Notes: generated by a model not told the origin, from the sequence alone. A stretch of 32,000 nt of DNA from Pseudoalteromonas tetraodonis (GCF_002310835.1 NZ_CP011041.1:330001-362000), one strand, 5' to 3'. Numbered from the stretch's first letter, positions 9,282-19,025 are shown. Translations and numbers: made by a program.

Positions 9282-9946
9282 TGAAATATGATGCAGCGTT
9301 TTTTGACTTAGACGGCACCCTAGTTGATAGCGTGTACGACTTGTATATGGCTTTAAATTTAACACTTAGCGATTTAGCGTTTCCAATTGTCAGTCAGCGA
9401 TTAGTTGAAAGCTGGGTAGGTAATGGCATTGAGGTGTTAGTGAAACGAGCCCTTTGCGGCGATATGCAAATTAGTGAGCACCTCGATGAGGCTTTAAGCG
9501 AACGAGCTATCAATCTGTTTTATCAACATTACAGTGAGCAGGTCGGTGAATACAGTGTGTTATATCAGCATGTTGAAACTGGTCTTGCTGCTCTCAGTGG
9601 TATGCCTAAAGCACTTATTACTAATAAAGCACGCCGCTTTACTGAAATGCTTTTAGATAAGCTCGCTATTCGCAGTCATTTTGAAGTGATTGTTTGCGGT
9701 GACGACATGGCAAAAAAACCGTCACCTGAGCCGCTATTATTTGCTTGCGATGCATTAAATATAACGCCTTATAAAGCGATTATGATTGGTGATTCAAAGA
9801 GTGACATACTCGCAGCGCAAGCCGCTAACATTGACGTGATAGCGCTCACTTATGGGTATCACCAGGGAGAGCAGTTAGCGGATTATAATCCGCAGTACCT
9901 ATGCGATAACTTCTTAGCTATAATACCGACACTAACACAGCGTTAA
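9281..9946 (+). CDS. gph: Phosphoglycolate phosphatase (HAD superfamily)
   Basis: HAD motif I FDLDGTLVDS, motif II ITNK and motif IV GDSKSDILAAQAA are present. The start overlaps the rpe stop (TAATG) and the position matches the E. coli rpe-gph-trpS operon. Confidence 0.88.
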   Translation: MKYDAAFFDLDGTLVDSVYDLYMALNLTLSDLAFPIVSQRLVESWVGNGIEVLVKRALCGDMQISEHLDEALSERAINLFYQHYSEQVGEYSVLYQHVETGLAALSGMPKALITNKARRFTEMLLDKLAIRSHFEVIVCGDDMAKKPSPEPLLFACDALNITPYKAIMIGDSKSDILAAQAANIDVIALTYGYHQGEQLADYNPQYLCDNFLAIIPTLTQR

Positions 9947-9979
9947 GCATTTTTAATTAAGTAAAAATAAAGGAAAATC

Positions 9980-10984
9980 ATGAGTAAACCAGTAGTATTA
10001 AGTGGCATGCAGCCAACCGGTGGTATGACAATAGGCAACTATGTTGGCGCTATTAACCAGTGGGTTAAGCTACAGGAAGAATATGATAGCTACTTTATGC
10101 TTGCAGACTTGCATGCAATTACCGTACGCCAAGACCCTGAATTATTGCGTGCTCGTGTACTCGATGGCGTTGCGTTATATACGGCATGCGGTATTAACCC
10201 AGAAAAAGCGGCGTTATTTGTACAATCTCAGGTACCTGAGCATGCGCAACTTGGCTGGGTATTAAACTGTTATGCGCAAATGGGTGAGCTTAATCGCATG
10301 ACCCAGTTTAAAGATAAGTCGGCAACGCATGCTAATAATATTAATGTGGGGTTATTTGCTTATCCGGCTTTGCAAGCGGCTGATATTTTACTGTACCAAG
10401 CAGACAAAGTACCTGTAGGTGAAGATCAAAAACAGCATCTTGAACTAACGCGTGATATTGCAACTCGCTTTAATAATGTTTACGGCGATATTTTTACGCT
10501 GCCAGAACCGTATATTCCAGAATTTGGTGCGCGAGTCATGAGCCTGCAAGATCCACTGAAGAAAATGTCTAAGTCAGATGAAAATCCAAATGGCTTTATT
10601 ATGATGTTAGACGAGCCGAAAAAGATTGAGAAAAAGCTTAAAAAAGCAGTTACCGATTCTGACGAGCAAGCGCGTATTTACTTTGATCGCAAAGAAAAGC
10701 CAGGTGTATCTAATTTACTTACGCTACTAAGTGTGGCAACTAAGCGCTCAATTGAAGAGTTAGTCCCTGAATACGAAGACAAAATGTATGGCCATTTGAA
10801 AAAAGACACCGCAGCAGCTGTTGTCAGCATGATTGAGCCAATTCAAACACGTTTTAAAGAAATTCGTGAAGATCAAACACTTCTCAATGACATCATGAGA
10901 ACAGGGGCTGAAAAAGCAAGCGCGCGTGCAGAAACTACATTAAAAGCAGTTTATGATGCGGTTGGGTTTATTCCACGCCCATAA
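9980..10984 (+). CDS. trpS: Tryptophan--tRNA ligase
   Basis: It is a class I aaRS with a HIGH-like segment ([15 protein letters not shown]) and a KMSKS motif (KKMSKSD). It is 334 aa and is preceded by AAAGGAAAA. Confidence 0.96.
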   Translation: MSKPVVLSGMQPTGGMTIGNYVGAINQWVKLQEEYDSYFMLADLHAITVRQDPELLRARVLDGVALYTACGINPEKAALFVQSQVPEHAQLGWVLNCYAQMGELNRMTQFKDKSATHANNINVGLFAYPALQAADILLYQADKVPVGEDQKQHLELTRDIATRFNNVYGDIFTLPEPYIPEFGARVMSLQDPLKKMSKSDENPNGFIMMLDEPKKIEKKLKKAVTDSDEQARIYFDRKEKPGVSNLLTLLSVATKRSIEELVPEYEDKMYGHLKKDTAAAVVSMIEPIQTRFKEIREDQTLLNDIMRTGAEKASARAETTLKAVYDAVGFIPRP

Positions 10985-10996
10985 GCGCGTTTATTT
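10907..10996 (+). repeat. Direct repeat copy 1: the authentic 3' end of trpS (last 25 codons, stop and 12 nt)
   Basis: By manual alignment this 90-nt segment matches 14848-14937 at all but 5 positions. The final 32 nt (ggtttattccacgcccataagcgcgtttattt) are identical in both copies. Confidence 0.9.
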
Positions 10997-11008
10997 GCAG
11001 ATACAAAA

Positions 11009-11036
11009 ATGCCGCTAATTTAGCGGCATTTTTTAT
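11009..11036. terminator. Bidirectional intrinsic terminator shared by trpS (+) and the TraB/GumN gene (-)
   Basis: The stem is atgccgcta/tagcggcat (9 bp) with a 3-nt loop. An A-tract lies on the 5' side and TTTTTT on the 3' side. Confidence 0.8.
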
Positions 11037-11106
11037 ATCACGCTGATTAACATTAAAAAGCCAAATATAAATAGAAGTGACATTGCTTGCTTGTCTGTTT
11101 TATCCA

Positions 11107-12027
11107 TCAATCGGCCTTAGCAGTTGTTTTGGAAGTTGTATTGTTAATATCAACTAAAGATACTTGGTAGCCTTTATTCTCAAGTAATGTCAGTAAGCTA
11201 TCTTCTCCGGCGAGGTGTCCTGCGCCCACAAGTACAAATTCACTTTTATCGTTTTTAAACATTTGTTCTAGTTTAACTAGCCAGTTATTGTTTCTATCGG
11301 TCATTAATTGTTTATAAGTTGCAGGATCATTTTTTTGCATCGGTTCAAGTGCTACTGTATAGAGCGATTGTGTATCACCCTCACGCCAAGCTGAGAGTAA
11401 TTTTTTAAACATCACACCGTAATTGTCAAACCCAGCTAAATTATTTTTGATAAAGTCATTTTCGTTATGTTCACCCATAGTCTTAAATAACTCTAACTGA
11501 AATGCCATCGTCTCTAAGTATTGTTGTTCTTTATTATCTAATGTCGCTTTTTTAGTAAAGTAAGCGTCAACGCCTTCACCCATTAAATTTTGTTTTTGCA
11601 ACTCCATCGACATCAGCACAATACTAACCATTGCTGGGCGAAAGTTATCTAATTTATTCAGATTTGCACCAAATTCAGCCAGCTTGTTTTCTAATGCGAG
11701 CTTTACCTCTGGAGTTAGCTTTTGGCTCAATGTTTCATTATTTTTATAGGATAGTGCGCTCAACATTTTCATTTGTGCTTGTGCATCGCTAGGATCAGGT
11801 ATTGGTGCTTCTAATACAATAGTATCTGCTTGTTTATAGGCGTGGTTAAACTCCACTGGTAGAGGCATTTCTGATTTCGGTAAAATGTGTACTGTGCCGC
11901 CAATAAATAATGAGTCATTTCCTTTGCTTACCTGCCACACTGAGCTTTGTGCTTGCACAGTCGTTGCTAATAAACAGCTGCTCAATAATACAGTTGCTGA
12001 AAATACTTTTTTAGTAAATGCGTTCAT
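11107..12027 (-). CDS. Secreted TraB/GumN family protein (Tiki/TraB/PrgY-like fold)
   Basis: It has a signal peptide (LLATTVQAQS) and the family-typical N-terminal WQVSKGNDSLFIGGTVHILP and C-terminal FVLVGAGHLAGEDSLLTLLENKGY motifs. An AGGAAG Shine-Dalgarno lies 5 nt upstream of the ATG. Confidence 0.8.
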   Translation of the reverse strand: MNAFTKKVFSATVLLSSCLLATTVQAQSSVWQVSKGNDSLFIGGTVHILPKSEMPLPVEFNHAYKQADTIVLEAPIPDPSDAQAQMKMLSALSYKNNETLSQKLTPEVKLALENKLAEFGANLNKLDNFRPAMVSIVLMSMELQKQNLMGEGVDAYFTKKATLDNKEQQYLETMAFQLELFKTMGEHNENDFIKNNLAGFDNYGVMFKKLLSAWREGDTQSLYTVALEPMQKNDPATYKQLMTDRNNNWLVKLEQMFKNDKSEFVLVGAGHLAGEDSLLTLLENKGYQVSLVDINNTTSKTTAKAD

Positions 12028-12054
12028 AACACTTCCTTAATGAAATTTTATTTA

Positions 12055-12405
12055 TTATTGATTGGTTAAAATAGTGCTTATATAAGTTGTTAGTGATGAC
12101 GTTATTTTCGAAAGGTTGCTATCAATTTTTGCGTTCATCTTGTTTATAGAAGATTCAAAGTCGGCCGTTATTTGATTCTCTATACTAGTAAATAATGTTT
12201 CAGTGTTTACTTCATGCTTAATGAGTGAATCGGTGTTTGTAGCATAAATTATTTGATTGCTATTGATAACTATTTCACCGGCTGCACATTGCCCTGAATT
12301 AGCTAATAGCGTGTTGCTTTTGCTTTCTGTAGCGACTGCAGAGGCTGTACTAAATACTGTTGCTAATATAATTACGGGTAATACTTTTTTAGTTGCGTTA
12401 TTCAT
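12055..12405 (-). CDS. Hypothetical small secreted protein (~116 aa precursor)
   Basis: The ATG at 12405 gives a clean signal peptide (MNNATKKVLPVIILATVFSTASAVA/TE). The longer ORF from 12447 has no Shine-Dalgarno sequence. The C-terminal half is Ser/Asn/Thr-rich. The gene lies 27 nt upstream of the TraB/GumN gene on the same strand, so the two are probably an operon. I recognise no family. Confidence 0.5.
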   Translation of the reverse strand: MNNATKKVLPVIILATVFSTASAVATESKSNTLLANSGQCAAGEIVINSNQIIYATNTDSLIKHEVNTETLFTSIENQITADFESSINKMNAKIDSNLSKITSSLTTYISTILTNQ

Positions 12406-12592
12406 AATGAAACCTTTTTTATGTTTAAAAGTCAGCTTAATTAACATTTAAAAGTCGTGTTCAGTAAGCTGCTTGTTGATGACGTTTTAAAGAATATCGC
12501 TGAATTTACCGAGAGTCGCTTATCTAGATGTGAGTGATTTATTTATAAGAATTTTTATTGTTTTTATTGTTTTAAATTAAAGTGTTAGCCTT

Positions 12593-12618
12593 AAACCTTA
12601 TCTGCAGAAATAAGGTTT
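12593..12618. promoter_or_regulatory. Perfect 9-bp inverted repeat in a divergent promoter region, a candidate operator
   Basis: aaaccttat-ctgcagaa-ataaggttt sits ~70 nt upstream of the ToxR/CadC-like gene. Tandem tttttattg x2 lies just upstream at 12552-12569. No flanking T-tract is present, so it does not look like a terminator. Confidence 0.35.
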
Positions 12619-12689
12619 CTAATTCACCTAACTATATTAAAAAGTGTACCTGTGATAGGGTTAGTGAAAAATAAAAATACGTAAACACT

Positions 12690-14834
12690 ATGAATTATCA
12701 AATCGGACCTTGGCAATTTATTAGTAATCGCTGTGTGATTACTTCAAACAACATGGAAAGGGAATTAGACCCACTTTTAGTAAAGCTGTTACTGTATTTT
12801 ATAGATAAGCCTCAACAAATCGTTTCCCGTCAAGCGCTAATAGAGAGTGTGTGGCAGCAAAGCTTTGTAGACGACAATGCGATTAATCGTGCTATTTCAG
12901 AGTTAAGAAAGCAGCTTGCTCACCCCATTGAAAAAGCGCCGCTTTTGAAAACGCATTACCGTAAAGGATATAGCCTAACAGTCATACCAGAGCGCTTAAC
13001 GCAAGCAAACGCTTCTGAAAAGCCTGCAAACTTTTTGCCTGACTCACCGGATATTTCTGCAAAAAATGAAGAGGTAGTGACTGCAACTACTTCTCAACCG
13101 GTTCAAAGAACGAATAGTAAAAAGCTTTTGATCTATTCTTTAGTCGTCATTATTTTTATATGCTTTTTAGTATGGTTTGGGTTGTTTTTTATTAATGCAC
13201 CTTCTAGCGAAAAGATTAAACAGATCACGGTTAATAAGGTAGCAAGCACGTGGAATATTGGCAGTGAAGTTCACCCTGAATTATCCTCAGATAAACAATA
13301 TTTAGCTTACACCAATATAGAACCTGAAAATGACGTAATGCATGCATTTGTTAAGCGTCTTTCAGATCAGCGAGAGATTGAAATTACCTATCCAGGCTTT
13401 CAGGTGTCTATTTTATCATGGCAGTTAAACCAGCACTCAGTGCTATTACAAGCTACCAATTTAAAGCAGCAAAAGTGCGAAATGGTACTTGTTGATTTAA
13501 GCCAGTTTCCTGTTATAGGGGAGGCTACCTCTATTAAAAAGTGTGACCTTAGATATACAGGTTATGCGCAAGTAGACGAAAGTGGTGAACATATTTATTA
13601 CACCGAATATAAAAATGAGCATGAAGGTTCAGGTTTATATAAATTTGATTTAGAACTTAAAAAAGAATTCATAGTGATCCCACCACCAGGGGTAATGTAT
13701 GGCGTAATCATGCCGCGTTTATCTCATTCTGGTAATAAAATAGCATATATACTTAGTCAAAAGGGTAAGCCTTTTTCTGTATTTAGTTATAACTTTGAGA
13801 CCCATGAAACCAAGCGGTTATTTAAAGCAGAAAAAAGCACGATTAGCTTTGCATTTGATTGGCTTGCTGACGATAAAGGCGTGATTGTATTTGAAGGTTC
13901 TGAGCTTTCAACCATTATGTTTGATGAAAAAAACATTGTTAAACATACGCTAACAGTAACCCCAAAGATAACTCCTTATTATATAGCGGTTCACTCTGCC
14001 AATAGTCTTTTTTATTCAGAGAATAAAACCCAATCATACTCGCTAATTAAAGCAACAGACCCTTTTGGCGATACACCTAAGTATGAAACGCTCTATAAAA
14101 GTGATAAAGACGACTACAACATTATTGAAATAGTTAATAAAGAAGGGCCTGCGCATGTTTTCGTATCTGAGCGTTCTGGCAGCAGTCAATTATGGCTCTC
14201 TCAAAATGGTTTTACAAAGCAACTTAGCTTTTTTAATTATGATGATGCCCCTTCGATTTTTGCATTAGGAATGCTCAGAGCTTCTCCCAATAAGCAGCGC
14301 ATAATGTTCATAAAAAATAAAAGCTATTCACTTTATGACGTAAGCGCTCAAAAATTTTATCCGTTAGAAGAATTTAATAAGCATAAAATAATAAGCTATA
14401 TTTGGTCAAAAAATAACGAAAGCATTATTTATATTAAGCGACTTGGTTCAAAAAATATATTGGCAGAGTTTAATTTACTCACTCGCGATACACGCGTGAT
14501 AGAAGGAGTAAAAGCGAATAAACTCATTTCAGATAGTAAAGGTAACGGATACGTAACCAATGATAATCAATTAATTCGCCTTTCAGATAGGCAAAGCTGG
14601 GAATTACCTAAAAATGCCAAAAAGTCAGTTGCATATGGCATTAGCAAAAACTATTTCTATTATTCAGATTCTATTTCTAGAATCGCTAGGCTAAATTTAC
14701 AAGATCAAACCATACAAGATACACACGTGGACTTTCGACCTATTGGTTTTGAGGTAAACGAAAGCAATGAAATATTGTTTACGGGATCTAAGTATAAAGA
14801 TATGCAAATAGTACAAATTAGTTGGGGCGAATAG
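12690..14834 (+). CDS. Membrane-anchored ToxR/CadC-like transcriptional regulator: N-terminal OmpR/PhoB-type winged helix, one TM helix, ~540-aa periplasmic domain (probably a TolB-like beta-propeller)
   Basis: The N-terminus matches the trans_reg_C pattern (ELDPLLVKLLLYFIDKPQQIVSRQALIESVWQQSFVDDNAINRAISELRKQL...YRKGYSL). The TM helix is LLIYSLVVIIFICFLVWFGLFFI. The C-terminal region is long, beta-rich and repetitive, resembling TolB/WD40-like propellers. The propeller assignment is tentative. Confidence 0.8.
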   Translation: MNYQIGPWQFISNRCVITSNNMERELDPLLVKLLLYFIDKPQQIVSRQALIESVWQQSFVDDNAINRAISELRKQLAHPIEKAPLLKTHYRKGYSLTVIPERLTQANASEKPANFLPDSPDISAKNEEVVTATTSQPVQRTNSKKLLIYSLVVIIFICFLVWFGLFFINAPSSEKIKQITVNKVASTWNIGSEVHPELSSDKQYLAYTNIEPENDVMHAFVKRLSDQREIEITYPGFQVSILSWQLNQHSVLLQATNLKQQKCEMVLVDLSQFPVIGEATSIKKCDLRYTGYAQVDESGEHIYYTEYKNEHEGSGLYKFDLELKKEFIVIPPPGVMYGVIMPRLSHSGNKIAYILSQKGKPFSVFSYNFETHETKRLFKAEKSTISFAFDWLADDKGVIVFEGSELSTIMFDEKNIVKHTLTVTPKITPYYIAVHSANSLFYSENKTQSYSLIKATDPFGDTPKYETLYKSDKDDYNIIEIVNKEGPAHVFVSERSGSSQLWLSQNGFTKQLSFFNYDDAPSIFALGMLRASPNKQRIMFIKNKSYSLYDVSAQKFYPLEEFNKHKIISYIWSKNNESIIYIKRLGSKNILAEFNLLTRDTRVIEGVKANKLISDSKGNGYVTNDNQLIRLSDRQSWELPKNAKKSVAYGISKNYFYYSDSISRIARLNLQDQTIQDTHVDFRPIGFEVNESNEILFTGSKYKDMQIVQISWGE

Positions 14835-14847
14835 CGCTATTCATTAT

Positions 14848-14925
14848 GCTGAAAAAGCCAGCGCGCGTGAAGAAACTACATTAAAAGCAGTTTATGATAA
14901 GGGTGGGTTTATTCCACGCCCATAA
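14848..14925 (+). pseudogene. trpS: trpS 3' fragment encoding the last 25 codons and the stop
   Basis: It translates in frame as [25 protein letters not shown]. The authentic TrpS C-terminus is [25 protein letters not shown]. There is no upstream coding continuity or start codon. Confidence 0.85.
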
Positions 14926-14937
14926 GCGCGTTTATTT
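14848..14937 (+). repeat. Direct repeat copy 2: an orphan copy of the trpS 3' end
   Basis: It has 5 mismatches in 90 nt relative to 10907-10996. It begins 14 nt after the regulator's stop codon and ends 9 nt before the stop of the minus-strand membrane-protein gene. It lacks the terminator hairpin that follows copy 1. Confidence 0.9.
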
Positions 14938-14945
14938 TTTATACT

Positions 14946-16007
14946 TTAATGTTTTGTAGCAGAAATACCGGCAGACTCACAGGCTCTAACTATAAATTGA
15001 TAACCGTAAGGCATGCTTTGATCAGGCGTTATTTCAATAATTTCGTAATCATTGAGCTCGATTGACTTACTCTCTGTTGATTTCTTACAACGTGAATAAC
15101 TGTCTGCTTCATAACTATAGGCAAACATGGCAATTAAGCGCTTACTACGTTCAAAGTAGCCTTTAGTATCTAAAAACTGTCTAACCGTTTGAGTGTTCTT
15201 ATCTTCGCCTTCTAAGCGAATACCAAATGTTTTTGTCTGAGCGCCGTCATTGTCTGAAGAGGGGAGTTTTTTCTCTATTTGCTCACTCAATTTTTCTATG
15301 GCTTGCTCTTGCTCAGCGGGGGATTTATTTGCGAGCGATTGGCTATTTTCAAAGCTATTTACTATATCGTTTAATACTTTTTCAGGCGGTTTTTCATCAA
15401 TAAATGCAATCAGACTTACAAACACTACCGTCGCTAAAAAAAAGCGGGTTAATGCAGTTAGAAGTGGTGAGTAGCTTTGGCTAATAAACTTTATGCGATC
15501 AGATCCAAATGGCTTGATTAGTAATAACACTATGATGTAAAAAGGCAAAATAAGTTGTAAGCCGAGCAGTGTTGCCAGAGTTATTCCTAGTGTCCAAGGC
15601 GGTAAATATAATAAAGTGGCAAAGTTATGAGTGTAATTAAAGTGATTAGCTGATACCTGAGTGACTTCATTTACAATGCCACTAGCACTTGCTAAAACAA
15701 AGTTAGCAATACTGGCATAAAATACCAAAATAAGTGCTTTACCGGCGAGTGAATTCCATAGTTGATTAAACTTAGGCCAAAATTCTATGATCAGCGCAAT
15801 AATAGTAATAGTGGCACATAGCCACGTTAACTTAAAAATGGCTAGGGTTATAAACGCAAGCAGATAAAGTTTTTGCGCGGTGTTAAGGTTAAACCATATG
15901 CTTTTTATATGGCTAAGCAGTTTAACTTGGTGTGGTTGCCAGCTTTTTTGCTGTTGCTTAAACTGCTTATTAGCACGCCATTTTGCAATTTTTAAATACC
16001 TTAACAC
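14946..16007 (-). CDS. Hypothetical polytopic inner-membrane protein with a C-terminal soluble domain
   Basis: The 353-aa protein has about 5-6 predicted TM helices (for example LYLLAFITLAIFKLTWLCATITIIALII, LILVFYASIANFVLASA, LILPFYIIVLLLI, FFLATVVFVSLIAFI), an acidic linker and a ~100-aa C-terminal domain. The start is GTG at 16007 with TAAGGAAAG 6 nt upstream. It lies only 29 nt downstream of the uvrA stop on the same strand. I recognise no family. Confidence 0.6.
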   Translation of the reverse strand: MLRYLKIAKWRANKQFKQQQKSWQPHQVKLLSHIKSIWFNLNTAQKLYLLAFITLAIFKLTWLCATITIIALIIEFWPKFNQLWNSLAGKALILVFYASIANFVLASASGIVNEVTQVSANHFNYTHNFATLLYLPPWTLGITLATLLGLQLILPFYIIVLLLIKPFGSDRIKFISQSYSPLLTALTRFFLATVVFVSLIAFIDEKPPEKVLNDIVNSFENSQSLANKSPAEQEQAIEKLSEQIEKKLPSSDNDGAQTKTFGIRLEGEDKNTQTVRQFLDTKGYFERSKRLIAMFAYSYEADSYSRCKKSTESKSIELNDYEIIEITPDQSMPYGYQFIVRACESAGISATKH

Positions 16008-16036
16008 CGACTTTCCTTATCTAAAGCGTATTACCG

Positions 16037-18862
16037 CTATTTATTTAATAGCGGTTTTAAGTAGTGCCCAGTATGTGAGCGCTGACATTCAGCTACTTCT
16101 TCTGGTGTACCTGCAATCAGTATTTCACCGCCGCCAGCACCACCTTCAGGGCCTAAATCAACGATCCAGTCGGCTGTTTTGATTACATCTAAATTGTGCT
16201 CAATCACTACAATGGTATTGCCATGATCGCGCAGACGATGCAGTACTACTAATAACTGCTCTATATCTGCAAAGTGCAGGCCTGTTGTTGGCTCATCTAA
16301 TATGTATAGCGTTTTACCGGTATCACGCTTAGAAAGCTCACGTGCTAACTTAATTCGCTGTGCTTCACCACCAGAAAGTGTTGTAGCGGCTTGGCCTAAG
16401 CGGATATAAGAAAGTCCAACATCCATTAGGGTTTTAAGTTTGCGTGCTATAGCCGGTATTTTATCAAAGTAGTCATGGGCATCTTCAACGGTCATGTCGA
16501 GCACTTGGTTGATGTTTTTGCCTTTATATTGTACTTCTAAGGTTTCGCGATTATAACGTTTACCCTTACACACATCACACGGTACATAAACGTCAGGTAA
16601 AAAGTGCATTTCTACTTTAATAACGCCATCACCTTGGCATGCCTCACAACGCCCACCTTTAACATTAAAGCTAAAGCGACCCACTTTGTAACCACGTGAA
16701 CGGGCTTCTTGAGTACCCGCAAACAGCTCACGAATACCGGTGAAAATACCAGTATAAGTTGCAGGGTTTGAACGCGGTGTGCGGCCAATAGGGCTTTGGT
16801 CAATATCAATCACTTTGTCAAAGTGTTCAAGGCCTGCAATTGACTTGTAAGGCGCCGCTTCTGCGGTTGTGGCACCATTAAGCTCAGTGTGAGCGAGTTT
16901 AAATAAGGTGTCGTTAATGAGTGTGGATTTACCTGAGCCCGATACACCGGTAATACAGGTCATTAAGCCAAAGGGTATTTTTAAATCAACATTTTTTAAG
17001 TTATTACCGGTAGCGCCAAACAGCTCTAACCATTTATCGTTAGTAGCATGGCGCTCTTTAGGCACTTCAATTTTACGCACCCCCGATAAAAACTGACCGG
17101 TAACCGAGTCTTTGCTCGCTAAAATATCATCGCGTGTACCTTGAGCAATAACATGGCCGCCATGCACACCAGCACCTGGACCAATATCAATAATATGATC
17201 TGCCGCGCGGATCGCGTCTTCATCATGCTCTACAACAATAACGGTGTTACCTAAATCACGTAAATGCACTAAGGTTTTTAATAAACGGTCGTTATCACGT
17301 TGGTGTAAACCAATAGATGGTTCATCTAATACATACATTACACCTACTAATCCAGCGCCAATTTGACTCGCTAAACGAATACGCTGTGCTTCACCGCCAG
17401 AGAGCGTGTCGGCGCTGCGCTCAAGTGATAAGTAATTTAGGCCAACATTTATTAAGAAAGATAAACGATCGCGAATTTCTTTTAAAATCTTCTCCGCAAT
17501 TTGGCCTTTTTGCCCAGTCAAATGCAAGCCTTCAAAAAAGCTCATTGCCTCACCAATACTCATATGTGTGATGGTTGGTAAGTTAGTTTGACCAATAAAT
17601 ACGTTACGTGCTTCTTGGCGAAGGCGCGAACCTTTACAACTAGGGCACGCTTGACTAGTTTGATACTTAGCTAGCTCTTCACGCACAGAGTTTGATTCAG
17701 TTTCGCGGTAGCGGCGGTTCATATTATTTAACACGCCTTCAAATACATGATTACGTGTAATTAAATCACCGCGGTCATTACGGTAATTAAATGCAATTTT
17801 AGTATCACCCGAGCCATCTAGAATAATTTTCTTATGTTCTTTTGCAAGCTCTTGATAAGGAACATCTAAATCAAAGTCGTAATGTTGTGCAACTGCTTGC
17901 AACATTTGATAGTAGTAAAAGCTGCGTTTATCCCAACCTTTAATTGCACCGCCAGCTAAACTTATCTCAGGGTTATGAACCACGCGATTAGGGTCAAAGT
18001 ATTGCCTTACACCTAAACCGTCACAGCTTTGACAAGCTCCTGCAGGGTTATTGAACGAAAATAGACGCGGTTCAAGCTCTGTCATCGCATAGCCACAGGT
18101 TGGACAGGCAAAATTTGCTGAAAACAGCATTTCTTCAGCATTGCTATCGTCCATAAACGCAATGTTGGCAACGCCGCCTGACATTTCAAGTGCTGTTTCG
18201 AATGATTCCGCGAGACGTTGTTGCTGGCCGTCTTTGACTTTAAAGCGATCAACCACGACTTCAATTGTGTGCTTTTTATGTAGATCTAGTGGTGGTGGAT
18301 CAGATAGGTCGCACACTTCGCCATCAATACGTGCGCGAATGTAGCCTTGGCTTGCAAGCTGCTCTAATAGCTTTACATGTTCGCCTTTACGGTCTTTAAC
18401 AACAGGCGCCAAGAGCATTAGCTTTGTGCCCTCAGGCAGTGCCAGCGCAGTATCGACCATTTGGCTGATTGTTTGCGCCGCGAGCGGTAAATCATGAGTC
18501 GGGCAGCGAGGCTCACCGACTCGTGCAAACATCAAGCGTAAATAATCGTAGATTTCAGTAATAGTTCCCACGGTTGAACGTGGGTTATGCGAGGTTGATT
18601 TTTGTTCTATGGAAATAGCAGGAGAAAGGCCTTCAATATGATCTACATCGGGCTTTTCCATTAATGACAAAAACTGCCTTGCATAAGCAGAGAGTGATTC
18701 AACATACCGACGTTGCCCTTCTGCATACAGCGTATCAAATGCAAGTGATGACTTTCCTGAACCAGATAAGCCAGTAATAACAATTAGTTTATCACGTGGG
18801 ATGGTTAGGCTGATGTCTTTTAAATTGTGCGTGCGGGCGCCTCGGACTTCAATGTTTTCCAT
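16037..18862 (-). CDS. uvrA: Excinuclease ABC subunit A
   Basis: The 941-aa protein begins [53 protein letters not shown]. It has two ABC ATPase modules (GLSGSGKS and [16 protein letters not shown] twice) and zinc-finger CxxC pairs. Confidence 0.98.
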   Translation of the reverse strand: MENIEVRGARTHNLKDISLTIPRDKLIVITGLSGSGKSSLAFDTLYAEGQRRYVESLSAYARQFLSLMEKPDVDHIEGLSPAISIEQKSTSHNPRSTVGTITEIYDYLRLMFARVGEPRCPTHDLPLAAQTISQMVDTALALPEGTKLMLLAPVVKDRKGEHVKLLEQLASQGYIRARIDGEVCDLSDPPPLDLHKKHTIEVVVDRFKVKDGQQQRLAESFETALEMSGGVANIAFMDDSNAEEMLFSANFACPTCGYAMTELEPRLFSFNNPAGACQSCDGLGVRQYFDPNRVVHNPEISLAGGAIKGWDKRSFYYYQMLQAVAQHYDFDLDVPYQELAKEHKKIILDGSGDTKIAFNYRNDRGDLITRNHVFEGVLNNMNRRYRETESNSVREELAKYQTSQACPSCKGSRLRQEARNVFIGQTNLPTITHMSIGEAMSFFEGLHLTGQKGQIAEKILKEIRDRLSFLINVGLNYLSLERSADTLSGGEAQRIRLASQIGAGLVGVMYVLDEPSIGLHQRDNDRLLKTLVHLRDLGNTVIVVEHDEDAIRAADHIIDIGPGAGVHGGHVIAQGTRDDILASKDSVTGQFLSGVRKIEVPKERHATNDKWLELFGATGNNLKNVDLKIPFGLMTCITGVSGSGKSTLINDTLFKLAHTELNGATTAEAAPYKSIAGLEHFDKVIDIDQSPIGRTPRSNPATYTGIFTGIRELFAGTQEARSRGYKVGRFSFNVKGGRCEACQGDGVIKVEMHFLPDVYVPCDVCKGKRYNRETLEVQYKGKNINQVLDMTVEDAHDYFDKIPAIARKLKTLMDVGLSYIRLGQAATTLSGGEAQRIKLARELSKRDTGKTLYILDEPTTGLHFADIEQLLVVLHRLRDHGNTIVVIEHNLDVIKTADWIVDLGPEGGAGGGEILIAGTPEEVAECQRSHTGHYLKPLLNK

Positions 18863-19025
18863 GCTATCTCGTTTATTGCCAAAATTATTTGTTCAGTATC
18901 GCATAATACGCTGCAATATTAATCCTTGATCATCGAAAAAATCCTTAGTTATAGACGATTAATTATTGCCAAGCTTGTGATAGAATCCTCGCCTAATTTT
19001 TTAACACAGTAAGATCACGCAAATA

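Noticed and set aside
11037-14847. I searched the repeat-flanked insertion for an integrase, transposase, tRNA or terminal inverted repeats that would make it an autonomous mobile element.
   Set aside because: None of the three ORFs resembles a recombinase. No tRNA-like sequence or terminal inverted repeats are visible. I therefore describe the element only as a repeat-bracketed insertion and not as a defined mobile element.
18863-19025. I looked for a LexA/SOS box (CTGT-N8-ACAG) upstream of uvrA. The closest match is the half-site-like atactgaacaaataatttt on the minus strand, near 18886-18904.
   Set aside because: Only one half-site (ACTG) is present and no matching CAG arm lies at the correct spacing. 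I cannot support a call without a position weight matrix scan.
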